This document shows, one piece after another, positions 23,821-37,199 of a stretch of DNA of 64,000 nucleotides. The stretch is from Octopus vulgaris. Its lineage: Eukaryota. Positions within the stretch are counted from its first letter, which is position 1. Every line of letters begins with the position of its first letter. Position numbers and translations under genes: made by a program. Location: positions 154,380,001 to 154,444,000 of the forward strand of contig OX597815.1 in assembly GCA_951406725.2 (NCBI GenBank). Direction: 5' to 3'. Under the pieces are notes generated by a model. It was given only the letters and a program-made list of their open reading frames with translations, was not told where the DNA came from and did not search any database.

Positions 23821-26800
23821 ATATATGTGTGTGTTTGTGTGTGTGTGTGTGTGAATATATATGCGAGTCTGTGTGTGGGATAAAGGAAAGTTGTTCATTT
23901 TGGTATTAGTGGTAAAATTCAAATGTTGTACGCCTTTTGTTTGCTTGACAATTGCAGCTAACATAATTACCAACTTGAATTCCATAGAAGTGATATTGTT
24001 ATATGTGACATGCGTGTCAAGAACTGAGACGAAAGTTTAAATGTTCATATTTATAGCATATTAATATTGATTTCATTACACGGTTAACTCTATTGATTAA
24101 TTATTCGTACGAAATATTCAGAATTACTCAACTTCATCTGATGTATATTGCTATATCATAGAATTAACCTTCAATAACGCAGATTATTTTAAAAAATAGA
24201 ACTTATGTATCAATGTTTAAGGAATATAATCCATATTTTGAAAGGTAAATTTGATATAGAATTGTTGTTATCTCCAATAGATAGTTACAATTGTACAATG
24301 AAACTCTTTGAATAATCTACAAATACAGTTTGGTAGGTGCTACAGAGCAAAAATCTCACGGTAGGCTGTGAGATTTTTAGAATTAAAATCAATGCTCTTC
24401 GCCGTTGTTTTTAATGCAACTTGTGAAAATTTATGAAGGATAGGTATCTTTACAAATTACTGTTATTAACCCAAAGAAATAAGTTCATATTAGACCTAGC
24501 TGATGGGAATAACGAACAGAAAAACAACGGAGATTCATGCATTTCTATATCATAGATATATTTCTATTCTTTATGAAAACATATATAAATACTGCAGTTT
24601 TGGCGCAATATTATTTCAATAATATATGTGATGCATGATGTTACTAATATGCAGCCAGTATAATTAGGATAAAAGAAAATAATCTCATTTTGTCCATTAT
24701 ATATATTTTTAGATTATCTGGTTTTTCTTATACTAATTTCCAACAAATATACTGTCGTGACTTACAGCGGTTAAAACGAAATATATCATGTCATGATTTT
24801 TATCTGATAACATAAAAATCATTAAAATTTTACCAAGGCCCAAGAGACCATAATAACTGAACTCTATTTTTGTAATGATAACCGCTTAAGATAGGAATTT
24901 CACTTTTCGAACTTGCCAATTTATCTCCTGATATTTTCAGAATTTCAAGTAGTTTCAGACAGCTACCTAGAATGAGCAATGGCGGTTAATGTATAGAACA
25001 TGTCCACATACACTAAAAATTGTAATAGAGGTTAATAACCAACCTATTCGAACGCAACATTTCTACTCCATCACATAGTTCAAACATTTTCTGAATAATC
25101 CACTCTGTGTTTGTAAATTATTTTATCATTTGCTTTGTTCTTACAATTTGCATTTCAGAACTATTTTCACAATTATAAGAGTAAAATAAACATATAGTTT
25201 TCAACTAGCAATAACCACGCCTCGGATAACTCTCATTGGCTTTGCAAGTATAGGTGTATGGTTAGACAATTCCTTTGCAACCATGGACTTTACCCTGCTC
25301 TATAGTCCTCTGCTCTTAGGCTCGTTTTAATCAATGCTTTATACGTGGTGTTTCGGATACAGAAGATGTTCAGAACTGCACTCTAAAAACGTAGTAAGAA
25401 GTAAACTTTTATCAGAAAACTTGATTGATGTGGAGCCGGTGCTGATGGTTTTGAGGTACTGTTTGTTTACAAAATAACTGATGAACTTTTGTTCATTTAA
25501 CTGGGGGTAAAAGTTTCAGTATGCATGTTAAAATAACTGTTTACTTTAATGTGGAATTAACTGCAAATGATATTCCTATACCAAATACTTCGGAAAGAAA
25601 AGACATGTCACAGAAACACCTACTTATATGAATAGAAATTAACATTCATTGTAACTGAACTGATTCGAACATATCTTCAGATCTTCTAGATCTGTATTCT
25701 TTAGTATCGTTAAAATCAGTCTGGTTTATAGTCCTCGCGGCTGTTTTAACAGGAATCCCTTTGTACGGAAGACACAAATCCAGCCCCGAAATAATTGAAA
25801 TAGGGTCTCCCTATTGCAGAAAAATTATACTAGATGATGGAGGCTTCTAATTATTAGTTAGACAAACCTGGATATTTCTCCACTGCTCATTTCTGACCAA
25901 GTCATTTAAATCAACAATTTTTTGATCTGCAATTCAATAAAGTCCTTTAACAACATTTGAAAATATGTCCACCATGGATCTGGTTGAAATATGTCAACGC
26001 ATTTTCATCAAGGATAATCCATCAAAACCATTATTTCTTTCCTCTTTCCTACTCTTGGACATACCCCAGCATTCAGTAATTTTCTGTTTACTTGAAATAT
26101 GCCTAGCTAGTATAATTCAGTCAAGCAAACGCTGCGCCTAAAGTACATTGTCCAAGAAACGCAAGGCTTACAATTTTTACCACGCTTTTGCCAAAATATT
26201 GCTGTTTCGTTGGCTTCCGTCTGAATAATCTCATGGAACTACACGCAGTGAGAATGAGGAAAGAATAGTGTTCTTGTTCAAAGACAATTTTGACAGGATC
26301 TAAAGTAAACTACACGCTTTGCAACCTGAAACCTTATATCTACGGCTTTCTGTATAAGAATGAATTACAAGTTCGTTTTAGAACACCCGAAAAGTCAGTG
26401 GTAATGTATACAATACTGGTATATATCATCGTCATTATAAGGACACAAAGCATACATAATATAAAGGCACTAAATCTTAAAAGTGAGGGAACAAAAAGTG
26501 ACCATACTCGATGGGGAATGGAGATGGTGCATGTAAGCGTATGTTTGTATCTATGCACTTGCCTTCGATTATATTTTATGGTATAAACTAGGTTGTTGAT
26601 TTGCTTTTCTTCACTCTGTAAACTTCACATTGATTGGACAGAGTGTGATGGAATAATTAGCATTAGACTGAAGTTATAGTAATGGCCGTTTTAATAATGT
26701 AAATCCATTAGCAGCGATGCACCAATCTAATAGCAGTTTATTTCCTGAAACCTATGTAAGATTTAAAGTGTAGATTTTTGGTGGGTAAACTAGGTTTATA

Positions 26801-27451
26801 AATTTTGATACCTGGCCCAGCGAAATACATAGCATTTATGTCACTTAAGCTCTACACAAGGATATAAGCGTTTCGTAAAACACCATTTCCCTCATTACCT
26901 CACTACAATGTCCACGAAATGTACGGCTTTGAAAGAAAAATAAACTTCAGGTTGTTATCAGCCATCCTAACTGAAGTAAATCGATTTTCAATCTTAATAT
27001 CCAGTAGAAATGGTTTCAATTACATGCTTTTTTGTCAACGTTAAACCTATGTGAAATCACATTTTGTTGATATTTCTTTTCAGATTTCATATGAACTTCC
27101 GAGTATTCCATTTTAGAAGAGATCTGAATTTCCTGTTCAATTTTCTATAAAGTATCAACGTTTTAAAAAGAAAAGCATATTGAAAATTCATTTCTCCTCA
27201 TCTACTAAATAGAATTAATTTTTTCTAAAAGATAAATGGTACATACTTTCAAATGGAGGAAGAAAATCTAAAAAATTCATATAACAATGTATTGAAATTA
27301 GTTTTTGGCATTATGCGTGTTCATGTATACTGACATCCTAAATCCATTTTTAAATGATGTTATTAACTCCTTCCCACCACCACTAATATTTTTGAATCTA
27401 TATCACCTCTCTTGGGATCCAGTCAATATGTACGTATGCACAGCTTAATTC

Positions 27452-27650
27452 GCTGAACTGGTAGAATCGTTAGCACTCCAGGGAAACGTTTTTACCAGGT
27501 TCGTCTGTCAATACAATCTGAGTTCAAATTCCGCCAAGGTCGGCTTTGCCCTTCTTCCTTTCGGGGTCGATAAAATTAGTACCAGTTGAATACTGGCGAC
27601 AATGTAATCGACTTACCCTCTCTACAGACATTATTGAGACAGAATCTGAA
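27452..27650 (+). mobile_element. tRNA-derived SINE family B
   Basis: GAACTGGTAGAATCGTTAGCAC...GAGTTCAAATTCCGCCAAGGTCGGCTTTGCCCTTCTTCCTTTCGGGGTCGATAAAATTAGTACCAG. Confidence 0.85.
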
Positions 27651-30600
27651 CTAATGTATGTGCTGCTTAATGTTTACGCGCCTTTATTGTGTTTCATTCT
27701 TAGATTCTAATATTTCGTCGTGTGAAAACATTTGCAGTTCATAAATACCTCACTCTCCTTGATTCCGCCACACATTTATTGATGTTTAGAGTTTTTACTT
27801 TCATTGCAGATATTTTAGACAGGTTGTACAATTTTTAGGAACTGTGTACGTAAGAATGTCTCGAATCCAGTCATAGGTATTTCACATGTCCGGTCAATAA
27901 CATATACATCAGAATTTCTTATTTACTTTCTCAAAACTCTATCGTTGCTATTATGCAAAAGTGCCGTACGTCCAAATTGCTTTTTCAGAAAACGAAAAAT
28001 AGTTTCACCATTCCATTTCCTTTTACATTAGCAACAGTTTCAGCTTAACAATAATACTTTGTTGGATGCATAAAATCGTAACTCCGTGCATGTATGGTAT
28101 TTTCAGTCAGAAATATTTTTGCAAAGCTGTCATATGTGGAATATATTACCCTTTGAAAAAATGCTAAACCGTTGTGCTACACTCTGATAATTTTCATACC
28201 TTGGCATCGGAAGCAGCTGGAGATACAATTGTTTGACCAAAAGAATCGTTTATTGCAAACAAAATGAAAGATTGAAAAAAATGCATTTGGCCAAATTTAG
28301 ACATACGACAGTTTAACATAATAACAATGATATAGATTTTGTTTTTGTGAACAAGAAAATAAAATAAAGTTGCACATGATTAATATAAATCAGATTTATG
28401 ACAATTTCAGTACACACATCATATAGAATTTTAATATTTGGATTGTAAATAAAATATAAACTAAAGATAGTATTAATCTCTAATATTTGACTTAAAGGCT
28501 TCACAAGGCGAATAAACTTATTTCACACTTTATTTCTTTGGGCTGTATATATCCTGACATTTCTTGAGTGTTGTCACAGAATATATTAATACCGAGAAGC
28601 AGTTTCACCTATTTTCATAGTTGAAATTGCTTTTCAGTATTCCATCATTTAAGAATAACAATCTAATAATATTTCGCAAAATATATGACATCACATGCAA
28701 GTATACAATAGCATATGAGAAATGAACGATCTAAGGAGGTAGGGTCTATGCGGTCGCTCGACATACATTACTTTGCGTTCAAATATTCTTCAAAACCTAT
28801 ACAAACGTTTTTAAATATTTTAACTGAATATTTAATATAACATAATAACAAACAAGCCATGATAGTTACGGCTAGAATATCGGTGCAATAATATATTATT
28901 GGTATTGAAACATATCTCTCTAGGCACATGCGAACGCTGTAGCAGTACGACGGTTACTACACCCCTCATAAAATCAGGACCAAAATATTTATAAATAGTC
29001 CAGAATATAAACACTTTGTGGAAATAATAACATGATCGACTACAGCAACAACGATAAAAAAAGAAACAGTATAAATAGTTATAGATCCGTGCAGAATTCA
29101 TATAAAGTTAAGTTTCACGCACAATTAACTTTCTAAACATGATAAAAAATAAGTAAAAAATTCTTTATGATACATAATTATCAGTATTAAAATATTCATA
29201 ACATAATCAACAATGTCCACATTCAAGTAGTATTCATTCAGATAACATTGCTAGCAAAACATCGAGCGCCAACCATACGTAATTATACATAACAAGAAAA
29301 ATCACTGCAATATGTGCACATCCTGAAGTCCTTGACATCATTAACGCAAATGTTCTCCTTTCCAAATCACAACGTAGAATCGTACCGTGACTCTCAAACA
29401 TTAGCAAACATGTAATAAACTACATATATTTCTGATGAGACACCAAGACATATCTTAGAAAGTTAAGGTTTGAAACATCCTCAACCTACCGGAATTGAAA
29501 ATCACTGATGTGCAAGGCGTATTAGTGATTCGAAATCTTCGTTGGCGCTGGCATATCCAAAGAATAAGAGAGTTGCTTAGACAAATATTTTACACTCAAT
29601 TGTCTGGTGATGCAAAATATCAGTAGTTACATGTAAATCACAGAGGCTGGACAAGAGCCAGTCGAACAAACAAATTCATGCTTCAAACCACAACACAACA
29701 TTTCATGGAAATTGTCAACAACATTTATCGCAGGAACACTAAAAATATTAATGATGGTCATGTTACTGTTAACGTTTAAATCAAGCAATAAATCATTTAA
29801 CGCGTATAACAAGGCTATCATGTATTTCTAAAGACATAGTAAAACTTATGTATATCAATTACGTACTCATATCTCATATGAATCAATAATTTATGATATA
29901 CTACTGGCAATATTTGTATTTGCATAGGTATTTAAAACCAACAGTTCAATTGCTGATATGGTTTAATTTACGATACTACATGACGTACTCTCAGTTTCTG
30001 TCGTGATGTCATAGATAGAAATGAGAGAAGATTTAGAGGGATAATTTCAACTAGGAAGGAGGGGAATATTGCTTAGTTTCATTTCTAGAGGGAAAAGATA
30101 AAAGTAGAGGTGACGAAAACAGAAAAAGCGTGGAAATATAAAGTAATTAATATATTCACGAGAAGTCACACACATAAAGGAAGCAGAGAACAAACGCCAC
30201 TCAGCATTGATAATTAGTCGAAAAGTTCTGTTGAGTGGTATGTTATCTATATGACTGCTGGCTATTTTTGGATATTGTCAATAATTAGACGCAAGTGTGG
30301 TGCTAATGTTATGCCAGTGTGTTAGAAGTACTTTAAAGTGAAGCTGTAGTAATTATACAGTCAGCTGTTCTTGAGTTGCTGATATTGCTTATCACCAGGT
30401 GGACTCTGATATGGCAGAGCTTTGATCAAATCCGTCTCAGCCGTGGTCCTTTCACTTGTTTAGTAAAATACCACAATCGCTAATTTATCCTTTCCATACA
30501 TGACTATTTCTTTTTGCGTGTTGTCAGATTGTGAGATGCTGTGTGTATGAGTTGCGAGTTTATTTTCCTTTATCTTCTAAGTATTAGGTTATCAAAAGTA

Positions 30601-30849
30601 GGATATTTTAAACACCACTTTAGTTCTAGGTTTGCTTTTAGTAGACCTAAGGCATGCAAGGAGTCGATTGCATGAGTAGTGAGAACAAACAAAATTATTC
30701 AATCATACATAGCTTGAATCTACCTAGCTGTCAAAAGTACTGTGTATTCCTACAGATTTTATTGCACCACACAGTTACATATCGTGGTTAGTTTTTAATC
30801 TGGACTTCTAATCTCTCACCTGAATAATCTGTCTACACCTATTGTTCCT

Positions 30850-31015
30850 GTTGTTGTTTATCCCCAAGTCAGCCCCGACTGCGCATTCCCGTTTTCAGCA
30901 TCATATTATTTTAGGGATATATAGGTATATATTTTTAATACTGTAGTATTTGTATATATTTTCATAAAGACAGATAGGAATGATTTAGCTGCTCTGTCTT
31001 GCCGGTCATTTGACT
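30850..31015 (+). repeat. Old dispersed repeat; related pieces at ~30390, ~44620-44830, and in reverse at ~3400 and ~31800
   Basis: Recurring TTTA.CCCAGGTCAGCC...GATTTAGCTGCT.TTTCTAGC motifs; highly diverged, class unknown. Confidence 0.4.
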
Positions 31016-32559
31016 ACGTAGTTTCTTTATTGGTTTCGATCAGATCAAGATAGTTGGACTTAGAATGTTACCCAATTTTAGATGAAGCGAATTATGTCGA
31101 TGTGTGTAGAAGCAGTTTATGGATAGCAGCTGAGCACAACAAAAGACATGGAAAATGAGTCTATCATTATCTAAATAAATGTGTAATATTTAAGGTGAAG
31201 GGATATAAGAGGCGAAACTGAGTAAGCAGCGTCAGAAATTATGTAACAGAGTGCGAGACAAATTAGTGCGGACGGGTTCAATGAGCTGTTTTTTTTTAAT
31301 AACTTTAAATAATCTACATCCTATCTTTCTTTAGTCACATGATCAATTATTAGGTTGTCAACAGAAATTCGAAAGTTGCTTACAAATAACTTTTTGGCAA
31401 CAAGTTGCGCTTACATTCATTCTGAGATCAGACTTTGCTCTCCATTTTACCGGATATAATAAGATGGCGAATTAGTAACGCATCAAAAGGCAAAGACAGA
31501 ACTTTAGGCAACTGATGGTGTACAGCGTCTTTTCCATCTCACAACTACGTATCCCAAAACTCATGATTTTCTAGAGAGGTAATACCAATATATCATGCGA
31601 CTGTTTAATTGAAGTATTGTATGAATATATGTGAGCCATTTAGGAAGAGTCGGTCAGATTGTTCGACAATTTGAAATAGCAGGAAAATCGCCGTCAAATG
31701 AAACACTACCAAACTGAAAATAAATAACGTTAGATAGTAGGGTCTTGGTTCTCCAGCACGTAACAAATGAAAACGAGTCAGTTATCGCCGGAGTACTTTT
31801 GTTTATAGGCCTCCTTGATCCGGACTAACCTCAGGTTAAACACAATTAACGATATGAATTTGCATTCCTAATTAATGGGTAGGTTTGTGCAAGCACAATA
31901 TCCCATTTCTATAATAACTACATTTCAACTTTATATAATACTTTATTTTCATTTTATTCGTGTTTAAGTTATTTGGCCGCAAAACCCTTTAACGTTTTCC
32001 ATCGTATCTACGTCGGAAACACAATGACATTTGTTTCAGACCTTTGGATATATTCCCATCGTTTAGTTGCATAGCGTCAGTTGTGAATTGTATCTAATAA
32101 TAACGTGATTTATTTTATCTAATAAGACGTTTTAAAAATAGCCAATATCTAAAAAGATAAAATAGCAGTATCTTTTATACATGTCCATCATCGTTCTTGA
32201 AACTTATTTAACGATAAAGTCATGAAAATCTAATGTTTTGGTTGTGTATGAAGGTTATTCTAAATTAGAAGTGTAGCAGCCAAATGGAACAGACCCAACT
32301 ATTTTCCTTCTTTATTTATTTCAGCTTAAGAGACATTCTGTGTCCTTTCAGGTAATGTTCTATATTCAAACTTTTAATAGCCTTCAGATGTTCAATACAT
32401 TCCAGTTAGACATACACAGATAGATATTTAAACAAACGGTTACTTTATAAAATAATCTACAAGAGATTATAATATCATGAATAACAATTTACCGATATTC
32501 ATGTCCATATTAACATTTCTATATTCTGGATTATCTATTTATAAATATACATATGTATG

Positions 32560-32561
32560 TA

Positions 32562-32649
<88 letters not shown>

Positions 32650-32660
32650 TGTGTGTGTGT
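32560..32660. repeat. (GT)n microsatellite
   Basis: Direct reading. Confidence 0.95.
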
Positions 32661-32678
32661 AGTCAGGACCGTCATTGA

Positions 32679-32816
32679 TAGAAATACGAGTCAGAAAAAC
32701 TCTTAGCCACGGGGAAGCAATTGTCTAATGACTGACAAGGGGACTAAGCTCCCTTGTCAGTCATTGTATAAGTGCTTTCCTGTTGTGGCTAAGAGTTGTT
32801 CGGATTCATATTTCTA
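32679..32816 (+). other. 138-nt imperfect hairpin
   Basis: TAGAAATACGAGTC...AATGACTGACAAGGGG-ACTAAGC-TCCCTTGTCAGTCATT...GATTCATATTTCTA pairs along its whole length. Confidence 0.9.
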
Positions 32817-32922
32817 GCACTGCTCATGCTGTTTGACACTCTTATTAAATCTAGTGACATCTATGCTTATGCCTTTAGGTTGTAAATTGCGAATAAACCA
32901 GCATAATATATATATATAAATA

Positions 32923-32953
<31 letters not shown>

Positions 32954-32958
<5 letters not shown>

Positions 32959-33142
32959 TTATAGAAGGAGCTTCTACAGGACTAGAACTGTTTCATTCAA
33001 AAGAAATCATCAGGAAGCCTGATGATTTCTTTTGAATGAAACAGTTCTAGTCCTGTAGAACTCCTTCTATAAAATAAATTAATTTACTCTGCTATGTATT
33101 GAGTACCTTATTTACTGTGGTTAACCCCGACTCAACCCGGGA

Positions 33143-33144
<2 letters not shown>
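32954..33144. mobile_element. Palindromic PLE terminal-repeat-like insertion in (TA)n carrying two hammerheads
   Basis: Arms of ~60 bp (32954-33014 / 33018-33077) are complementary apart from one deleted G; the right arm continues ~65 nt to a (TA)n tract. Confidence 0.8.
32970..33018 (-). ncRNA. Minimal type I hammerhead ribozyme, core intact
   Basis: GCUUC-CUGAUGA-U UUC UUUU GAA U-GAAA-CAG UUCUAGUC CUG-UA-GAAGC: 5-bp stem I, GUA triplet; position 10.1/11.1 is U-U rather than G-C. Confidence 0.8.
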
Positions 33145-33189
<45 letters not shown>

Positions 33190-33469
33190 GCATATATTAA
33201 TTTTACCTGAGACTTGGTATCAATAGCATTATTTCTTGTAAGTTTCTAACGGTTTAGTCATGGGTTTATTGTATTTTTGTGGCGGAAAATATTGTGAAGG
33301 AATTTCTTCTATGGAAGGCCTCCGAATTATCTAGGCATGTAAAGGCGAAAATTGCACGTAAAAAAATACGGATATATGTAAACAATATGCACCTTATCGT
33401 ATTCGTACATATACATACAGAAGCACACACACATACATACATGCATACATACATATGTATATATATATA

Positions 33470-35608
33470 ATTAATAGCACCACCTAATAGGATTATTCGA
33501 ATCCTGTTTAAGTCAAGTTTTGTTTATGGTCCATTTAAGTAGTGAGTTCTTGTTGGGTGAGTTGTATCCAATTATGGGTGGCTTATCTGGTATTCTTTGA
33601 AGGAATCTATCCAGACTCCGTTTAAAGTTGATGGGATCCTTTTCCTCTTTGATCTCCCTTGGGACAATGTTAAATAGGGCAGGGCCTGTTGAGGAAAAGA
33701 AATTATGTTGCAGTGTACATGTATGCTGTGATCTTGATTGGGCAGGGGACGTATGGCCCGTGGTCCCAGTCTTGGATGACCCTTGAAGCTAATGTTCAGG
33801 TCGTTTGGGCAAAGTTGGCGGTATATTCTCCACATTGTACAAATGATGTACCGCTCACGGCGACGCTGGAGAGAGTAAAGTTTCAAGGCTTTAAGGCGAT
33901 CCCAATAATCGAGAGCAGCCATGCCTTCAATTCGTTTAGTGAGTGGCCTCTGGGGTGACTCAAACCTGGAGATGTTTTGTCTTGTATGGGGAGACCACAG
34001 TGGGCAGCAATATTCGAGGTGTGGCCGTACAAAGGAGGAGAAAAGTGGTATGATGACACCTTGTTCTCTGGACCGGAAAGTTCTTAAGATCCAGGAACTC
34101 ATCCTACGAGCTGTATCGACCTTATTTTTGATGTGTGCACTCCAACTGAGATCGTCAACAATTACACCCAGGTCTCTGATATTGTTAGAGGCTGTGAGCG
34201 GTTCCCCTGAAGGAAGAGAGTATGGCTGTTTTAGTGAGGAATTTCTTCCAAAATGCATCAGCTCAAATTTTCCCTCATTCAGTTGCATTTTGTTTCTGTC
34301 TGCCCATTGACTCACAGCATATAGATCAGACTGAAGTTGAGTTTGGTCTGCTTCTTCATTGACGATTTGCTGGAGCTTAGTGTCATCAGCAAATATTTTC
34401 ACTTTGCAGTAATGTACGACACTGGAAAGGTCGTTTATGTAAATTATGAAGAGTAGCGGACTCAAGACAGTCCCCTGGGGGACACCGCTGGTGACTTTTG
34501 CTGGGCTTGAGTGGACTCCATCGACTACAACATGTTGTGTTCTATTCGCCAGGAAATACTTAATCCAGTGTAGAACTTTTCCACGGATTCCAACATTTGC
34601 CAATTTTGAGAGTAGGATATTATGGTCTACCCTGTCGAACGCTTTACTGAAGTCAAGATATATGACGTCAGAGTTCGAACCTGTTCCCAAGGATTTGAGT
34701 ACATCTTCAATGTGGTGTAAGAGCTGTGTTAGACAGTCCCTGCAACAGCGAAAGCCATGCTGATTTGAATTTAGGAGTTTGTGGGCTTCCAGGAAGTCAG
34801 CTATCCTTGATCTTAACACTCTTTCAAACACTTTAATGATGTGGGAGTTGCGTGAGATTGGGCGATAGTTGAGTGCGAGGGATCTGTTTCCCTGTTTGAA
34901 AACCGGGATGACCGACTGGGATAGAAACTGTTTCGGTATATAACCTGCGTCTAACGAATTTCCCCAGAGGTTGGTCACAGGGACTGCAAATGGTGTCTAC
35001 ATTCCTTCAGGAGACTAGCGGGGAATCTATCAGGGCCTACAGCAGAGTAGTATTTGACCTCATTTATTGCTGCTATGATGTCAGTGGCAGTGAAGGTTAT
35101 GTCTGAGATTTTATGTTGGGAGTCAACTTCGTTCGCTTCTCTTACGTCAATATCAGTTGGAACACTAAAGACAGAGCAGTATTGTTTCTGCAGTATTTCT
35201 GCCATTTCTTTTGCATCGTGTTCGGGAATGACGTTATCATCAATCAATTGCCCAATGGGTGAGACAGTGGTTCTATGCTTATTTGCATAAGAATAGAAAA
35301 CTTTTGGGTTCTGTTTGATGTTTTTAATTACCCACTGTTCCTCCACTGCTCTTTGATTTTCAATGGAGGTTTTCATGTGGGTCTGCAGATGAAGTTTTTC
35401 CAGCTCTAGCCTTTTCATTGTTGTTGAATGTGGATGTTGTGTGTGGGAATATTTTAATTGGTTGATTTTTTTATTGAGTCTTTTGATACGCCTGATGAGT
35501 GTTATTTTCTTTTTAGGGAGCCGGTTTCTGTTTGTGTTAGTAGATTTCGTGGGAGCGTGTTTAGAGCATGTATAGGTGACAATGTTTTCAAAGTGCTGCC
35601 ATGCGACA
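33470..35608 (-). mobile_element. 5'-truncated CR1-group LINE between (TA)n tracts
   Basis: ORF2 remains at 33572-35600, with a short 3' UTR ending ...ATTAGGTGGTGCTATTAA before (TA)n. Confidence 0.9.
33572..35600 (-). pseudogene. LINE ORF2 reverse transcriptase; RT domain uninterrupted, frameshifts near 34980 and 33740, endonuclease missing
   Basis: NYRPIS, QHGFR, YLDFSKAFD, GVPQGTVL, FADDTK, RDLGV, RPHLEYCCPLWSP, SLQRRRERY; upstream NPKVFYSY and AVGPD. Confidence 0.93.
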
Positions 35609-35622
35609 CTTATATATATATA

Positions 35623-35860
35623 TTCCATTCTGCTTAAGTAATGGAACTGCAGATACGATATCCTTGCATATATCACTTCTGTTTTCATTCTGCCACCTCA
35701 CACTATATTTTATATCTTCTCTATAACTATATCCTTAACCATTTTCTCTGTGATGAAGGGATATATAAAATATGGTGGAAACAGTTGTTAGACCTTCTCT
35801 TTATAAGCGTTGGGAAATCTTTCACACCCTTCGATTTTTGTTATCTCACTCTGTTAAGTT
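35623..35860 (+). mobile_element. PLE terminal-repeat-like unit with degenerate hammerhead (35745-35794), same family as 39583-39968
   Basis: Aligns by eye to 39703-39968; contains TGATGA-AGGGATAT ATAAA ATATGGTG-GAAA-CAGTTG-TT-AGAC; (TA)n on both sides. Confidence 0.7.
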
Positions 35861-35884
35861 ATATATATATATATATATATATAT

Positions 35885-36070
35885 GACATGATCACGTGAT
35901 CGACCAGACCAGCAGATGTTGTTACACATCGCTGGTCACAATGCGTTCGCATTGTTTTAGCCTTCGAATGACGCCACCCCGCTGGCTAAGCGAGCAGGCC
36001 AACAGAAGAAAGAGTAGGAGAAAGAGTGGTGAAAGAGTAGAGCAGGGATCACCCCCCCCCCCCCCTGCCG

Positions 36071-36072
<2 letters not shown>
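35885..36072 (-). mobile_element. 3' part of a SINE related to 61632-61832
   Basis: Minus strand TCCGGCAG...CTGCTCTACTCTTTCACCACTCTTTCTC resembles TCCGGCAG...CTGCTGACTCTTCCACCACAACTTTCTC of the 61.7-kb copy. Confidence 0.55.
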
Positions 36073-36114
<42 letters not shown>

Positions 36115-36147
36115 TTATTTATGTATATATATATGTATGTATGTATG

Positions 36148-36178
<31 letters not shown>

Positions 36179-36207
36179 ATATTAATATCTCTCTCTCTCT
36201 CTCTCTC

Positions 36208-36248
<41 letters not shown>

Positions 36249-37199
36249 GCATGCACGTATATATGTATGTAAGTTTGTATGTATGGATATACATGGGAAT
36301 GGTTGCCGCACTTTGTTCGTCTGCAAACTACCACACACAAGAGCATCACAGGCTACGGTAGAAGACGTTTACTTAGAGTGCAAACGGAAATACCTATCTG
36401 CTCATTTTCTCCTATGCCCCAAGACTTGTGTCGTTGTACATTTATTTATATTTGGGATTTTATATTTTTATGACGATAAAAGTCCTTTCTTAAATATGTA
36501 GACCTATGTTCGTTAAGCTGCTGAAATTATTTGGATTATCAGTGAAAGATCTTCGGCAGAATAGTGAATACCGTTTTCTTAGAATTAGTATAAATTAGAT
36601 ATCCAGCGTATAGTCTGTTCAATTAGGAACAAATCTAATATAGAATGCACAACGTAATAGATTTGCGAAACTGTAAATTGCGAGTATTTGTGTTAATATG
36701 GAAAATTATGTCGACTTGCGATAGCCTAATTTGAATAATAGGTTGGAAATTTATATTATATGGTATTTTTATGATACCCGATTTGATATATAGAGAGTAA
36801 TTATAACAATATTTATATTATGACGATTAAGTGGTTAGAGTGCAGTCGCGTTTATAGTAAACGTTATCAAATAATATAAATCTGTCCACCAATATCATGC
36901 TATGATTTTGACATGATAAATCACCTAGATATTTAGCATTGTGAGAAAAAAATAATATTAGGCAGGAATGATGACGATGTATCACATTTAAGCGAATGAT
37001 ATAGAATTATCTATTATTTTGTATCGAATTAAATGTTGCTTTTTTTTAGTGCTATCAATTGAGAGGATGAATCATGACTGTGCAGTGTGTCACGTACTTA
37101 ACATATTTCCAGCGTTGTCAATAGTAACGAAAACTATTTCTCTTTGATCCCCAATTGTAAATCTTAATTTGATGGATGGGAAATTTTATTTATTTATTC

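Noticed and set aside
29430-29515. CTGATGAG...GAAACATC...GATGTG
   Set aside because: Position 17 would be G and there is no stem I.
33689-35290. Plus-strand ORFs overlapping the LINE
   Set aside because: Antisense shadows of the RT frame.
36340-36405. GAAGA-CGTTT...AAACG-GAAA hammerhead-like segment
   Set aside because: CUGA is missing and stem III is absent; too degenerate to call.
35896-36501. 201-aa ORF and other YI/CV/HT-repeat ORFs
   Set aside because: Open only because they cross (TA)n/(GT)n tracts and SINE sequence.
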